Below are positions 27,452 to 36,699 of a DNA stretch of 37,265 nt, in pieces. Position numbers and translations under genes: made by a program. Source of the stretch: a virus (Duplodnaviria; Caudoviricetes). How positions within the stretch are numbered: the first letter of the stretch is position 1; every line of letters starts with the position of its first letter. The stretch lies in the IMG/VR virus record IMGVR_UViG_3300032232_001386, positions 1 through 37,265 of that record. One strand, given 5' to 3'. The notes below the pieces were generated by a model that saw nothing but the letters and a program-made list of their open reading frames with translations, was not told the DNA's origin and did no database searches.

Positions 27452-28276
27452 TTAATCTTTGATCTTCTTGATTCTATCTATCAATTCAAACAACTTGACT
27501 TTAGGTATATCTGATATAGAGTTTAAATTTTCTGCGTTATCAAAATTATCTTTAATTAGTCTTTTCTTTAGTGCTTCAAAATTAACATTCTTTTCTTTCA
27601 TAACTTTTTCAAGTAATGATTGTGGAGAAGTTGGATTTTCATTTACAGAAGAAGAATCATCAAGAAGCTTTGCATCTCCAAGTTCTTCTTGGGAAACAAT
27701 ATTAATCTTTAAGAAGTTACGCACGCAACGCACAAATGCTCTATTCTCAGCGATTGCGGCCAAGAAGAATCTGGCGAAATTCTTTGTATTATTTAAAGTG
27801 GCATCAGCAAGCGATTCAAAAACCACCTCTTTTCCACCAGTTTCATAATTTGGTAGCCAAGTAATTCTACAACTTGTTGCGAAATAATTTTCAGAAGCTG
27901 CAACTACTTTATATTCAACGCTAGTATAGCCCCTAATTTGAGCTAATTCTTTAATTCCACCTAAAAGTATAAGAAGATCTTTATCTTGAAGTTTTGAAAC
28001 ATCTGTTTCCTGAGTTTTTTGTCTATTAGGAACAAGATGCTCAACTTTAACCATTTTGCGCCAATTTATGGTTCCATCATCATTAAATATATAATTTAAA
28101 GTTTGATCTTCAATAAGACCATACTTATTTCTAGTTACTAACTTTGGAGGAGTAACTTGAAGGGTTTGTGTTGCAGGATTCTCAATTTGAATATCTAATC
28201 CTTTATTCACGACATTAAATAACTCCGAACTACCAATTGAAACTGTATTTTCTTCTGATTTGATTTTAGGGCTCAT
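27452..28276 (-). CDS. Single-strand annealing protein, Rad52/Sak-like
   Basis: AIAENRAFVRCVRNFLKINIVSQEE resembles the AETRAxxRAxR...EE helix of phage SSAPs. It has a small helical C-terminal domain. Confidence 0.6.
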   Translation of the reverse strand: MSPKIKSEENTVSIGSSELFNVVNKGLDIQIENPATQTLQVTPPKLVTRNKYGLIEDQTLNYIFNDDGTINWRKMVKVEHLVPNRQKTQETDVSKLQDKDLLILLGGIKELAQIRGYTSVEYKVVAASENYFATSCRITWLPNYETGGKEVVFESLADATLNNTKNFARFFLAAIAENRAFVRCVRNFLKINIVSQEELGDAKLLDDSSSVNENPTSPQSLLEKVMKEKNVNFEALKKRLIKDNFDNAENLNSISDIPKVKLFELIDRIKKIKD

Positions 28277-28282
28277 TTAGTA

Positions 28283-28311
28283 ATGATACTATGTATTGTA
28301 TATCAAGTCAA
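28283..28311 (-). promoter_or_regulatory. Sigma70-type promoter, leaderless
   Basis: TTGACT-17nt-TATCAT, 6 nt before ATG 28276. Confidence 0.7.
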
Positions 28312-29454
28312 CTTAAAAATATAAAAATTATCTGCTTCTTTCCAAAATTCAATATCATCGACTACTTTATTGCCAGTTCCATTTAACCAGTCGTATCTAG
28401 ATACATTTTTGCCTTTAGAAGAATATAATGTTCTTGAAGAATTGTAATAAAGATTATCAATATTTGATATTTTTGTTTCTTCTTTAGTCTTGTGCTTCCT
28501 ATTAACGATTAAATTATAATCCATATAATCAATTTTAAATTTATTTAAAACTTCTTCTGGTAGGAACGATAGTAAAACATAATTAATAGAATTACTCTTT
28601 AATAATTTAACAAAATTTACGCTATTATCTTCTTCAATAATATATATTAATTGATTGATATTTTGTTTGTATTTTTCAATTATATCTTTTTTAATAGGCT
28701 TATTAGTAAAAATTATGCTTTTTCTTTGTGATAAAATTGATTCTAAAGCTTCTTCGTTAAAACAATAATCTAATCTAATAATTGGGTTTTCAACTGGTAT
28801 GGAGCTAAGATCCATGGGTTGATCTGGTATAATCTCAAAACTTTTAAGATTAAAATCTTGACCAATAAATAATGTTTCTGGCATTTTAGGAAATTCGATA
28901 TTTAATAATTTCAATATACCTTCTGCGATTTCTTCTGGTTTAATAGCATCAATACATTTGGGAGCTTCTACTTGTGAATAAGACGGCTTTTTATTTCCAA
29001 CTCTTTCGTATCCTTTTAATAAAATATGTTTATTTTTATTTCCAAAATGTGGGCCAGCTACACTGGGATTACTAATACTATATAATGAAACTATAGGAAG
29101 ATCGAAACTTGAAGCTAAATGTACGCAAAGACTATCTGCGCCAAAATGCAATTTAGAATTTTGAATAATATAGGCTAATTGATTTATATTGGTTTGTCCT
29201 AGCAGATTAATTACTCCACCTAATTGCTTTTCATCTTTTGTTCCTACTTGAACTATACAAATATTAGCTTTTGATAAAAATGGTTGTAGTAAATTAATAA
29301 CTTCTTGCCAATATGAATAATTTCTAGAATCATAAGGGGTTTGGCTTTGAATTGTTATATATTCTTGTGGTGGGAGTGGAAAATATTTTGTATATATAAA
29401 TGGTTTGTCTATTTTTGATCCTGTATTTGTTGCGTATGTGTCTAAGAGTCTCAT
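28303..29454 (-). CDS. GT9 (heptosyltransferase-like) C-terminal half plus an unknown domain
   Basis: NLLGQTNINQLAYII...GADSLCVHLASSFDLPIVSLY matches the GT9 DSGxxHLAxA motif. Confidence 0.8.
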   Translation of the reverse strand: MRLLDTYATNTGSKIDKPFIYTKYFPLPPQEYITIQSQTPYDSRNYSYWQEVINLLQPFLSKANICIVQVGTKDEKQLGGVINLLGQTNINQLAYIIQNSKLHFGADSLCVHLASSFDLPIVSLYSISNPSVAGPHFGNKNKHILLKGYERVGNKKPSYSQVEAPKCIDAIKPEEIAEGILKLLNIEFPKMPETLFIGQDFNLKSFEIIPDQPMDLSSIPVENPIIRLDYCFNEEALESILSQRKSIIFTNKPIKKDIIEKYKQNINQLIYIIEEDNSVNFVKLLKSNSINYVLLSFLPEEVLNKFKIDYMDYNLIVNRKHKTKEETKISNIDNLYYNSSRTLYSSKGKNVSRYDWLNGTGNKVVDDIEFWKEADNFYIFKLT

Positions 29455-29468
29455 TTATTTATGATATA

Positions 29469-31385
29469 TTAACTTAATTGAAATTCTATTTTATCTAAAC
29501 CATTATGAAGATAATTCAAATTTCTTTGAGTGCAGGTATATGGTAAATAAGCAATATCAAAATAACCGTCATGTTGATTGTTGCCCTCTAGCCAAATTAA
29601 ATTATCCATGATTGGATTGTATTCGATCCATTTATGAACATAAGGATTACCTTCTAGAATTTCTTTGTATTGTGGTTTTGTAGCAACATATAAACTATAA
29701 TCTGGATATCTGTTTTTAATAGATTTAAATAATGATGTACTAAGGAAGATATCTCCAGCGCTCTCTGGCATAACATAAATTACTCTACCTTTATCATTTT
29801 TATCTAAATGATCTTCGAATTTTACTTGTTTGTCTTCTCCGCTTTCTTTTAAAGCTACATTTCTGAAATAATTTTCTAAATCTTGTCTTTTTGCGCCTTT
29901 AGCCAATTCACTCATCCAGTATTGATAGCCAGAATCATTTTTGTCAATGCTCTTCATTTTGAGGATATTATGATACATTGATAATATCCAATCGCCATCA
30001 TCTAAAATATTAGGTATTTGAAAATATGGATCTTTCTTGTCTTGAGAGTTTTCTAGTACTTTAGTCCAATCTGTTAGTTGTTGATTGTCTATAAATTCTT
30101 CTATAGATTTTCCTACATTTTGGATACCGAAATTTTTAATAGTCCATTCTCTAGCTTTTTTACCCATTTCAAGTCTTTTGTGTTGTGGCATTTTATATAC
30201 AATATTTAATTGTTTAGCTATTGATTCTGGATAAGTGGAGGCTTTAATAAATTCTGTACCATGCTCTCTATATTCATTCCATTCCAAGGCGAGAGAATTA
30301 GCGTCTGGTTCACACATTTCTTCTCCGCAACTATAATTTGTAACAAGAGTAATAAGTTCAGTTAATTTTGCTTCTTGAATCGGTATTTCTTGTCCACCAC
30401 TTGTAAATGGATGACAATAAACGTCCATAAAATTATAAACTTCGTTTAGTTGTTGCTCTGTAACTCCAACCGATACATTTGTTGTGGTTTGGCTTTTTTG
30501 TGCTTTACAAAATTTACAGTCTGTATCTGGTCCAGAAAATGGTTTAATTTCATATTCTCCACAATTTCTACAAATATAAGTTGTTAATATTTCGTTATGA
30601 TTGACTCCAAATTCTGAAGCAAGTTTATGAATATTCCATCCTTCACCCCAATGAGTATGTAGAAGAAGATATGTATTTTTAATTTCTGGATTATTCTTTT
30701 TCCATAAAGCGTAACCTTGTAATAAATTTGGAACACTTTTTCTTAATTGATTTCTAAAAACAAACCCAGTTATAAAAGCATCTTGCGGAATGTTATGTTT
30801 TTTTCTAAGTTGATTTCTGTCAAAATCCGATAAACGATAAAATTCTTGATCTTCGAGCGAACCATGCACGGTCTTAACGTGGCTATATCCAAGTTTATGC
30901 AAAGCTTTTGTAGCGAAATTACTCCAAATCCAGTAGTTCTTAATCTTCGGAGCATTGGTGACGGCAGATTGAAGAATAGGAAGTGAATCTAAAGTAGTCC
31001 AAATTACAGACGCAATTTTATTAAACCAAGACTTTTCTATAGCAAAATCAACTCCCCAAATATCTTGAATAGCGATATAAACATCTGGTTTTTCGTCATT
31101 AATAACTTTATCTAAAAGATGTGCTCCATAACTAGCCATTCTAGCTAAATTAGGATCTCTATTTAATTGATCAAGTTCTTGTTGAGTATTAGGCAAAGAG
31201 CCTACGGTTTTCCAAGGAGTTTTCTTGAATTCTGGATGATCATAAGTCATTCCGCATGAATAATGAACTAAATCATATTTATTTGTGGCGTATAAATGCT
31301 TAAGTAAAGTTTTAGCATTTCTTCCAAAGCCAGTTTTGGCTAGAGAGAAATCTGTTTGTATTAAAACTTTCTTTTTTCGTTCCAT
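29469..31385 (-). CDS. Multidomain glycosyltransferase (GT4-like + Zn ribbon + DUF4214-like + GT9 N-half)
   Basis: TGFG, RNQLRK, and LNEVYNFMDVYCHPFTSGGQEIPIQEA; a CxxC..CxxC insert; C-terminal AGDIFLSTSLFKSIKNRYPD. Confidence 0.82.
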   Translation of the reverse strand: MERKKKVLIQTDFSLAKTGFGRNAKTLLKHLYATNKYDLVHYSCGMTYDHPEFKKTPWKTVGSLPNTQQELDQLNRDPNLARMASYGAHLLDKVINDEKPDVYIAIQDIWGVDFAIEKSWFNKIASVIWTTLDSLPILQSAVTNAPKIKNYWIWSNFATKALHKLGYSHVKTVHGSLEDQEFYRLSDFDRNQLRKKHNIPQDAFITGFVFRNQLRKSVPNLLQGYALWKKNNPEIKNTYLLLHTHWGEGWNIHKLASEFGVNHNEILTTYICRNCGEYEIKPFSGPDTDCKFCKAQKSQTTTNVSVGVTEQQLNEVYNFMDVYCHPFTSGGQEIPIQEAKLTELITLVTNYSCGEEMCEPDANSLALEWNEYREHGTEFIKASTYPESIAKQLNIVYKMPQHKRLEMGKKAREWTIKNFGIQNVGKSIEEFIDNQQLTDWTKVLENSQDKKDPYFQIPNILDDGDWILSMYHNILKMKSIDKNDSGYQYWMSELAKGAKRQDLENYFRNVALKESGEDKQVKFEDHLDKNDKGRVIYVMPESAGDIFLSTSLFKSIKNRYPDYSLYVATKPQYKEILEGNPYVHKWIEYNPIMDNLIWLEGNNQHDGYFDIAYLPYTCTQRNLNYLHNGLDKIEFQLS

Positions 31386-31927
31386 TACCAGAGTTCGCTA
31401 TCTTCTTGATTACCTTCGCCAACTTCTTTAGTTTCTTTTGTGGAATTTTTCGCTTTCTTTATAGCTTCGATTCGTTGAGCTTCAAAAACAGAATTTAAAG
31501 AATAAGTCAAAAATTCTTTTAATAATCTTGCTTCGTTAAAATAAAAACCAATCAGATATGATTGTTTGTTTTCAACATTTTGCTTGTCTTCTTTATTTAC
31601 GCTATACGAGAATCCAACTTGCTTTTCATCCCTAATATAGGGAGCTAGTTTAATTTTTGTAATTTGTTTCTCTGATGTGTGATAAGCTGAAAATTCGGTG
31701 TTTCTTTCTAGAGAATCAAGGAGTCCAGCTGCTTCTGTTAATGAAAATTTAACTTTAACACTCTTATTGGGGTTATTTTGATTTTCAGAGAAAGAACCAA
31801 TCTTTTTAGCATCATTCCAAGAGCTTTGCTTGATTAGTGATCCCCATACTGAATTATCTTTTGAGTTTACGCTGAAACTACAAGCTGTGCCTGTATTTTT
31901 ACTATTTGGTTTATAGAATGATATCAT
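31385..31927 (-). CDS. Putative ssDNA-binding protein, Whirly/PC4-like fold
   Basis: Two beta-rich units that each end in a helix (VKFSLTEAAGLL; IGFYFNEARLLKEFL), and an acidic tail ending EDSELW. Confidence 0.5.
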   Translation of the reverse strand: MISFYKPNSKNTGTACSFSVNSKDNSVWGSLIKQSSWNDAKKIGSFSENQNNPNKSVKVKFSLTEAAGLLDSLERNTEFSAYHTSEKQITKIKLAPYIRDEKQVGFSYSVNKEDKQNVENKQSYLIGFYFNEARLLKEFLTYSLNSVFEAQRIEAIKKAKNSTKETKEVGEGNQEDSELW

Positions 31928-31935
31928 ATTACTTA

Positions 31936-31964
31936 ATGTTACTATCTATATTTAGAAATGTCAA
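31936..31964 (-). promoter_or_regulatory. Sigma70-type promoter, near-leaderless
   Basis: TTGACA-17nt-TAACAT, 8 nt before ATG 31927. Confidence 0.75.
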
Positions 31965-34543
31965 TTATTTTTATCTGTCTTTTTTAAGTCATTTAATTTC
32001 ATATAAATTTGATGATCTTGAATAGCTATTAAGTCTCCAAATATACAATCATCCCTCTTTGAGCCCTTTGCGATAACAATATTTCCTTCTTCGAAAGCTT
32101 TATTATTTAATAATTTATTATTCTCAATATTATCATTAAATATTAGTACGCTAATTGAGCTGGTTTCATCTGATATTTTTAGCCTTACATATCTAGTTTT
32201 CTTTTCATTTTTAGATACGCCAGTATATACTTCTTCTATTTGACCAACAAATGCCACTTTACTATTAACTGGTTCATCTATAATATCGCTAACATATTTA
32301 AGGTTTTCTCTTTTCTCTGCGAAGATGTCTCTTAAATTTTTGTTATATGTATATCCCAACAGTTTCTTTTCATAATACCAATTAGCAAAGCTTTCACTTT
32401 TGCTATTCTGATTATAGATTTCAAGATATGGCGCATATTTTGCTTTAATAGTATTTAATCTATTATCTTTAATAACAAAATGATTCTTTTCATCAGTAAA
32501 TTTATTGAGATGCTTGATAATTTTAATCAAATCATAATCAAACTTATCTGCGAATGAAATTGAATACTTTTTCTCTTTAGATGTTAAAATATTCCATAAT
32601 TGAGCTTCTAATACAATTTTACTTCTAGATTGATTAAAGCCACTCAATGCTCCTGCTTGAATTAGGGATGATAATACTCCAATATTAAGATTAGCTTCTT
32701 CTGCTGCTTGAAAAATTTCAAACTTATTAGAATATTTATTTCTAAAACTATTTAGTTTTTCAATAGATTTATCACTAATTCCTTTGATAGATAATAAGCC
32801 AAATCTAATATCTTTATCTTCTATTGAGAAGTCCATTTCTGATTTGATAATATGGGGAGGAAGAAGTTTGATATCAAATTCATGCATCTCTTTTTGAATC
32901 TTAGAGATTTCACCAATTGGATCTGGTTCGTTTCTACTCATTTTTAATAAAGATAAAAAGAATTGTTGAGGATGATTAAATTTCAAATAAATTGTAACTG
33001 CAGCTAAAGCTGCATAAGCAAGCGAATGACTCTTATTGAAGGAGTAATTTGCAGAGTCCTCTAGAATCTTCCATAGAATTTCTCCTACTTCTTTTGGTAT
33101 TTTATTTTCTTTGATTTTTGATTCAATCTTCTTTTTCCAAGCTTTGATCTCTTCAGTTTTCTTTTTACCTACGATTCTTCTTAAGATTTCTGCCTCATCC
33201 AAAGTAAATCCAATCTTATTAGCCATTTTCATCAATTGCTCTTGATACAATGCTACTCCACCAGTTTGTTTCAAAATATCATCAAAGAATGGATGAATAC
33301 TTTCTGATTGTTGATAATTTGTATGGGCAGCATACTTATCTACGAATTGTAATGCTCCAGGTCTTGCTAGAGCTAATACTCCACTAAGTTCTTCTAGATT
33401 CTTTGGTTTTACTTTTTGACAAACTCTAAAGTTGGTTTCTGCTTCGATTTGAAATAGTCCATGAGGAGACTTTAGATCTTGTAGATTTCTATAAATAGAT
33501 TCATGATTTAAGTCAATATCTTCTACTTTAATGCCAATGTTTTTACAAACATCATCTACAACTGAAACGCTTCTTAAGCCCAAGATATCGAGTTTAATAT
33601 TAAATAAACTAACCCAATTCATATCGAAACTTGAAACTGGTTCTTTATCAGAAGAGAATTCTGTTGGGCATACTGTTTCTAAATTATAATAAGAAAGAAG
33701 AACTCCAGATGGGTGAACTCCTTTATTTTTGATAAGATCTCTTAGCTTTAAGGCGATTTGAAATGTTTCTTTATTTTCATCACACCAATCTTTAAATTTT
33801 TCTACTTCTTCATATGCAGTATTAATATCTTTAACTTGACCATAAACTTTTGGAATCAATGAAGAAATATTCGTCATCTCTTCTTCTGTTTTTTCTCCAA
33901 CGATTTTACCGCACTCCTTAATTAACAGTTTTCCACTCAGGGTATTAAGGGTTAAGATTTTGCTAGTTTTACCTTTAAATTTAGATTCTAAATACTGTAA
34001 TACTTTTTGGCGATTATAATAACAAATATCCAAATCAACATCACACATCAAACTACCATCAAGATATGTTATGCCATCAATAACCTGCTTTTTAGCTCGA
34101 ATCTTTGATATAAATCTTTCGAAATAAAGGTCATATTTAACTGGATCAATTCTAGTTACGCCGATTAGATAAAGAATAAGTGAACCAGCCGCCGAACCTC
34201 TACCTAATCCAACTGGTATGCTATTTGTTTTACAAAAATTAATAACATCCCATACTAATAAAATATAATCTGTGAACCCTAATTCTTTTAATGTTTCTAG
34301 TTCGTATTTTGCTCGGTCAACGTATTTCTTGTAATCTTTATTGTCTTTTTCTATTTTTAAATCCTTAAAACCATTCAAAGCTAATGCTCTAAGAAAATCA
34401 TAATTAGAAACATCTTCGCTAATATTAAGATGTCTTTTTAAGGATGCATCAATATTAAATTCTGGAAGTCTTACCCCATGTAGTCCAAGGTCAGTAGTAG
34501 TAAATTTACTATATAATTCTTCGTCTTTTAAAATATTATTCAT
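31961..34543 (-). CDS. dnaE: DNA polymerase III alpha core, without PHP domain
   Basis: GRGSAAGSL, FERF, DVDLD, HPSGV, KLDILGL, LYQEQLM, YSFNKSHS and a C-terminal OB fold. Likely start is ATG 34543. Confidence 0.95.
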   Translation of the reverse strand: MNNILKDEELYSKFTTTDLGLHGVRLPEFNIDASLKRHLNISEDVSNYDFLRALALNGFKDLKIEKDNKDYKKYVDRAKYELETLKELGFTDYILLVWDVINFCKTNSIPVGLGRGSAAGSLILYLIGVTRIDPVKYDLYFERFISKIRAKKQVIDGITYLDGSLMCDVDLDICYYNRQKVLQYLESKFKGKTSKILTLNTLSGKLLIKECGKIVGEKTEEEMTNISSLIPKVYGQVKDINTAYEEVEKFKDWCDENKETFQIALKLRDLIKNKGVHPSGVLLSYYNLETVCPTEFSSDKEPVSSFDMNWVSLFNIKLDILGLRSVSVVDDVCKNIGIKVEDIDLNHESIYRNLQDLKSPHGLFQIEAETNFRVCQKVKPKNLEELSGVLALARPGALQFVDKYAAHTNYQQSESIHPFFDDILKQTGGVALYQEQLMKMANKIGFTLDEAEILRRIVGKKKTEEIKAWKKKIESKIKENKIPKEVGEILWKILEDSANYSFNKSHSLAYAALAAVTIYLKFNHPQQFFLSLLKMSRNEPDPIGEISKIQKEMHEFDIKLLPPHIIKSEMDFSIEDKDIRFGLLSIKGISDKSIEKLNSFRNKYSNKFEIFQAAEEANLNIGVLSSLIQAGALSGFNQSRSKIVLEAQLWNILTSKEKKYSISFADKFDYDLIKIIKHLNKFTDEKNHFVIKDNRLNTIKAKYAPYLEIYNQNSKSESFANWYYEKKLLGYTYNKNLRDIFAEKRENLKYVSDIIDEPVNSKVAFVGQIEEVYTGVSKNEKKTRYVRLKISDETSSISVLIFNDNIENNKLLNNKAFEEGNIVIAKGSKRDDCIFGDLIAIQDHQIYMKLNDLKKTDKNN

Positions 34544-34754
34544 CGTCTTCATCTTCTTTATCAATGTTATCTATTTCTTTATTAAAAGCATCTAATCCAG
34601 TTGCTAATATTTTCATAGATGCTTTATCCTTTAAACTAAAGAATACGTCTGCTTTACCTTGTTTCTTACCTTTTTGGACAGTAATAAGTAAATACTCTAT
34701 TCCACCATCTTCTAGTTTTTGTATTATATCATAAATATCGTCTAATGATGCCAT
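34536..34754 (-). CDS. Hypothetical protein, 72 aa, acidic tail
   Basis: ATG ORF packed between the exonuclease and dnaE. Confidence 0.7.
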   Translation of the reverse strand: MASLDDIYDIIQKLEDGGIEYLLITVQKGKKQGKADVFFSLKDKASMKILATGLDAFNKEIDNIDKEDEDDE

Positions 34755-34755
34755 G

Positions 34756-35394
34756 TTATACCTCTAATTGCCATTTCAATTTATTCCATACTTTTAAATT
34801 CAAGTCAAGATCATTAATAGCATCATGAAGTTTTTCGTAATCATGCTCTATTCCATTTTCTTTTCCTAGGAAAGTCAGAGAGCTTTTAACATTCTTTTTT
34901 CTAGTATGAAGAATTTTATATTGATATTCAGTTAAGTTATCTTTTGAATTGTAAGGCATTTCATATTTTATACCTCTTGCTATTGCATTTGTATCAATAA
35001 ATTTACTTACAAGATGATCCCAATTACAACTCATGTATTTATAATACTCTTTTATAAGATAAATGTCAAATCCAAGGGTATTATGTCCAATAATATAATC
35101 TGCATTATCTAGCCAATCTTTAATCGTTGGAAATATTTCTTTTGGATCGTGTCCCTCTTTTTGAACTTTCTTATGATCATATCTTGTAATTCTGGCTGCG
35201 TCTTGACTGATTTTTAAATCTGTTTGCCATTTTAAATAAAAATTCTTTTGATCTATCTTTTTATCTCCTTGGACTTTTAGCATAGCTATTTGCCATGGAA
35301 TATTATGGCAGAAATTAAGGCAAAGATTAAATGTCTCGCAATCTATGAATACCAAAGTTTTATTTTTATTATATCTTAGAAGATGTTCGTCCAT
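34756..35394 (-). CDS. dnaQ: DEDDh 3'-5' exonuclease (Pol III epsilon-like)
   Basis: ExoI FIDCET, ExoII GHNTLGFD and ExoIII HDAIND. Confidence 0.88.
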   Translation of the reverse strand: MDEHLLRYNKNKTLVFIDCETFNLCLNFCHNIPWQIAMLKVQGDKKIDQKNFYLKWQTDLKISQDAARITRYDHKKVQKEGHDPKEIFPTIKDWLDNADYIIGHNTLGFDIYLIKEYYKYMSCNWDHLVSKFIDTNAIARGIKYEMPYNSKDNLTEYQYKILHTRKKNVKSSLTFLGKENGIEHDYEKLHDAINDLDLNLKVWNKLKWQLEV

Positions 35395-35398
35395 AATT

Positions 35399-35920
35399 TT
35401 ATATCTCTATTATAAATGATTTTTGATATGAATCCATCTTATTTTTTTCATAAACATCACGGGGAGTTTCCATATTTCTTATCTCGTAATGCCATTCTAG
35501 ATGCCTTAGTCTATTTTGATAAAACCATTTGTTATTATCTTTTGTTAAATTATAAAGATAAAAATTCATTAAATCTTCGGAAAATGCTACTATAATAGAT
35601 GGCGCACTACAACATCCTGTTATATATATACTATATTTTTTTTGCGCATCTTTTCTATATCTTCTGATAATTGCTTTAAAATAATTATCTCGAGGCTGAA
35701 ACTTATGATGACCAATTCGCGTTAATTCTAATCCAGCTACCATTTTAGGTAGACCATTTTCTAAATTAATCATACAAGCTAAATCTAAATCAATACAATA
35801 AAGTTTATCTTGAGCATAAATCATATTTCTATAGCCCAAAGATCTATCTTCATTATCTTCCCTTTGCCTAATCTTTTGATTGTATTCTCCTACGATCTTT
35901 TGTGGGTCTTTGGTGATCAT
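35399..35920 (-). CDS. Hypothetical protein, possible restriction-endonuclease-like fold
   Basis: IDLD...GLELT acidic pattern; ATGA-coupled to the PHP gene. Confidence 0.55.
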   Translation of the reverse strand: MITKDPQKIVGEYNQKIRQREDNEDRSLGYRNMIYAQDKLYCIDLDLACMINLENGLPKMVAGLELTRIGHHKFQPRDNYFKAIIRRYRKDAQKKYSIYITGCCSAPSIIVAFSEDLMNFYLYNLTKDNNKWFYQNRLRHLEWHYEIRNMETPRDVYEKNKMDSYQKSFIIEI

Positions 35921-36663
35921 TTTTTATCTTTCCAGCTTTCAAAACAAAATTCATTACTGCTCATATGTTCAAGATCTGGTTTATTTAAAACAGTTCTTTT
36001 ATTGATGCATCTAAAGGTCAAATATGTTTTAAAGTCTTTTCTGTCAGTATAATAAATACTTTTTGCATTAAAAACTTCTAGTTTATTCTTTTCTGCGAAT
36101 GATAGCATTTTATCTTTAATAAGAAAATCAAAAGGTAGTTCGTTCTGTTCAATAAATACCACTGGTTTAGTAAAATCTATTTGAGGAACGCATATGCTAT
36201 TTTTTAGAGTATTATTAAATATAAAAGAATCATAAAATGGAATACCCATAATTAAGTCATCTGACCAGTTATTCTTTATTGTCGTATAATCTAGTCTAGG
36301 TTCATAATAAAAACCATCTTTTGCTCCAATACTGAATAGCTTAGTTAAAGATTCATAACCTTTTTTATTTTTAAAGAAAAGTATCAATTTTGAGTTTTTT
36401 ACTCTTGACTCATCGGTTTTATCAGACATCGACTCTGTGACTGAAATTCTTAATCCATAATTTAATTTAATATCGTTGTTCTTGCAATTTGTATAAGCTT
36501 CAAGAAATGACGACATATTATCCTCTACTAGGAATATTTCTTTTAATTTATTTTGTTTAGCTATTTGAATAATAGAGTCTGGATACTCATCTCTTTCAGA
36601 CTTATCCTCTAAAGTAAGAATAGATCTTCCTAAAGAATAATGAGATTTAAATAAGGGTATCAT
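35917..36663 (-). CDS. Stand-alone PHP domain of Pol III alpha
   Basis: PLFKSHYSLGRS, IIQIAK, LILFFKNKKGYESLTKL and FYYEPRLD match the DnaE N-terminus. Likely start is ATG 36663. Confidence 0.85.
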   Translation of the reverse strand: MIPLFKSHYSLGRSILTLEDKSERDEYPDSIIQIAKQNKLKEIFLVEDNMSSFLEAYTNCKNNDIKLNYGLRISVTESMSDKTDESRVKNSKLILFFKNKKGYESLTKLFSIGAKDGFYYEPRLDYTTIKNNWSDDLIMGIPFYDSFIFNNTLKNSICVPQIDFTKPVVFIEQNELPFDFLIKDKMLSFAEKNKLEVFNAKSIYYTDRKDFKTYLTFRCINKRTVLNKPDLEHMSSNEFCFESWKDKK

Positions 36664-36670
36664 TTTTACC

Positions 36671-36699
36671 AATATAACAGGAATTTATAAATATATCAA
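36671..36699 (-). promoter_or_regulatory. Sigma70-type promoter with extended -10, leaderless
   Basis: TTGATA-17nt-TATATT, with TGn before the -10, 7 nt before ATG 36663. Confidence 0.65.

Noticed and set aside
34544-34564. Split intein in dnaE (MIKK resembles some C-intein starts)
   Set aside because: No HN-C/S/T junction and no N-intein on the PHP gene. The extension overlaps another gene and ATG 34543 is the likelier start.
54-36052. Short overlapping ORFs in the track (e.g. 54-500, 1414-1836, 9305-9709, 26900-27139, 27459-27848, 35810-36052)
   Set aside because: They are antisense or alternate-frame shadows of well-supported genes, with no motifs or expression signals.
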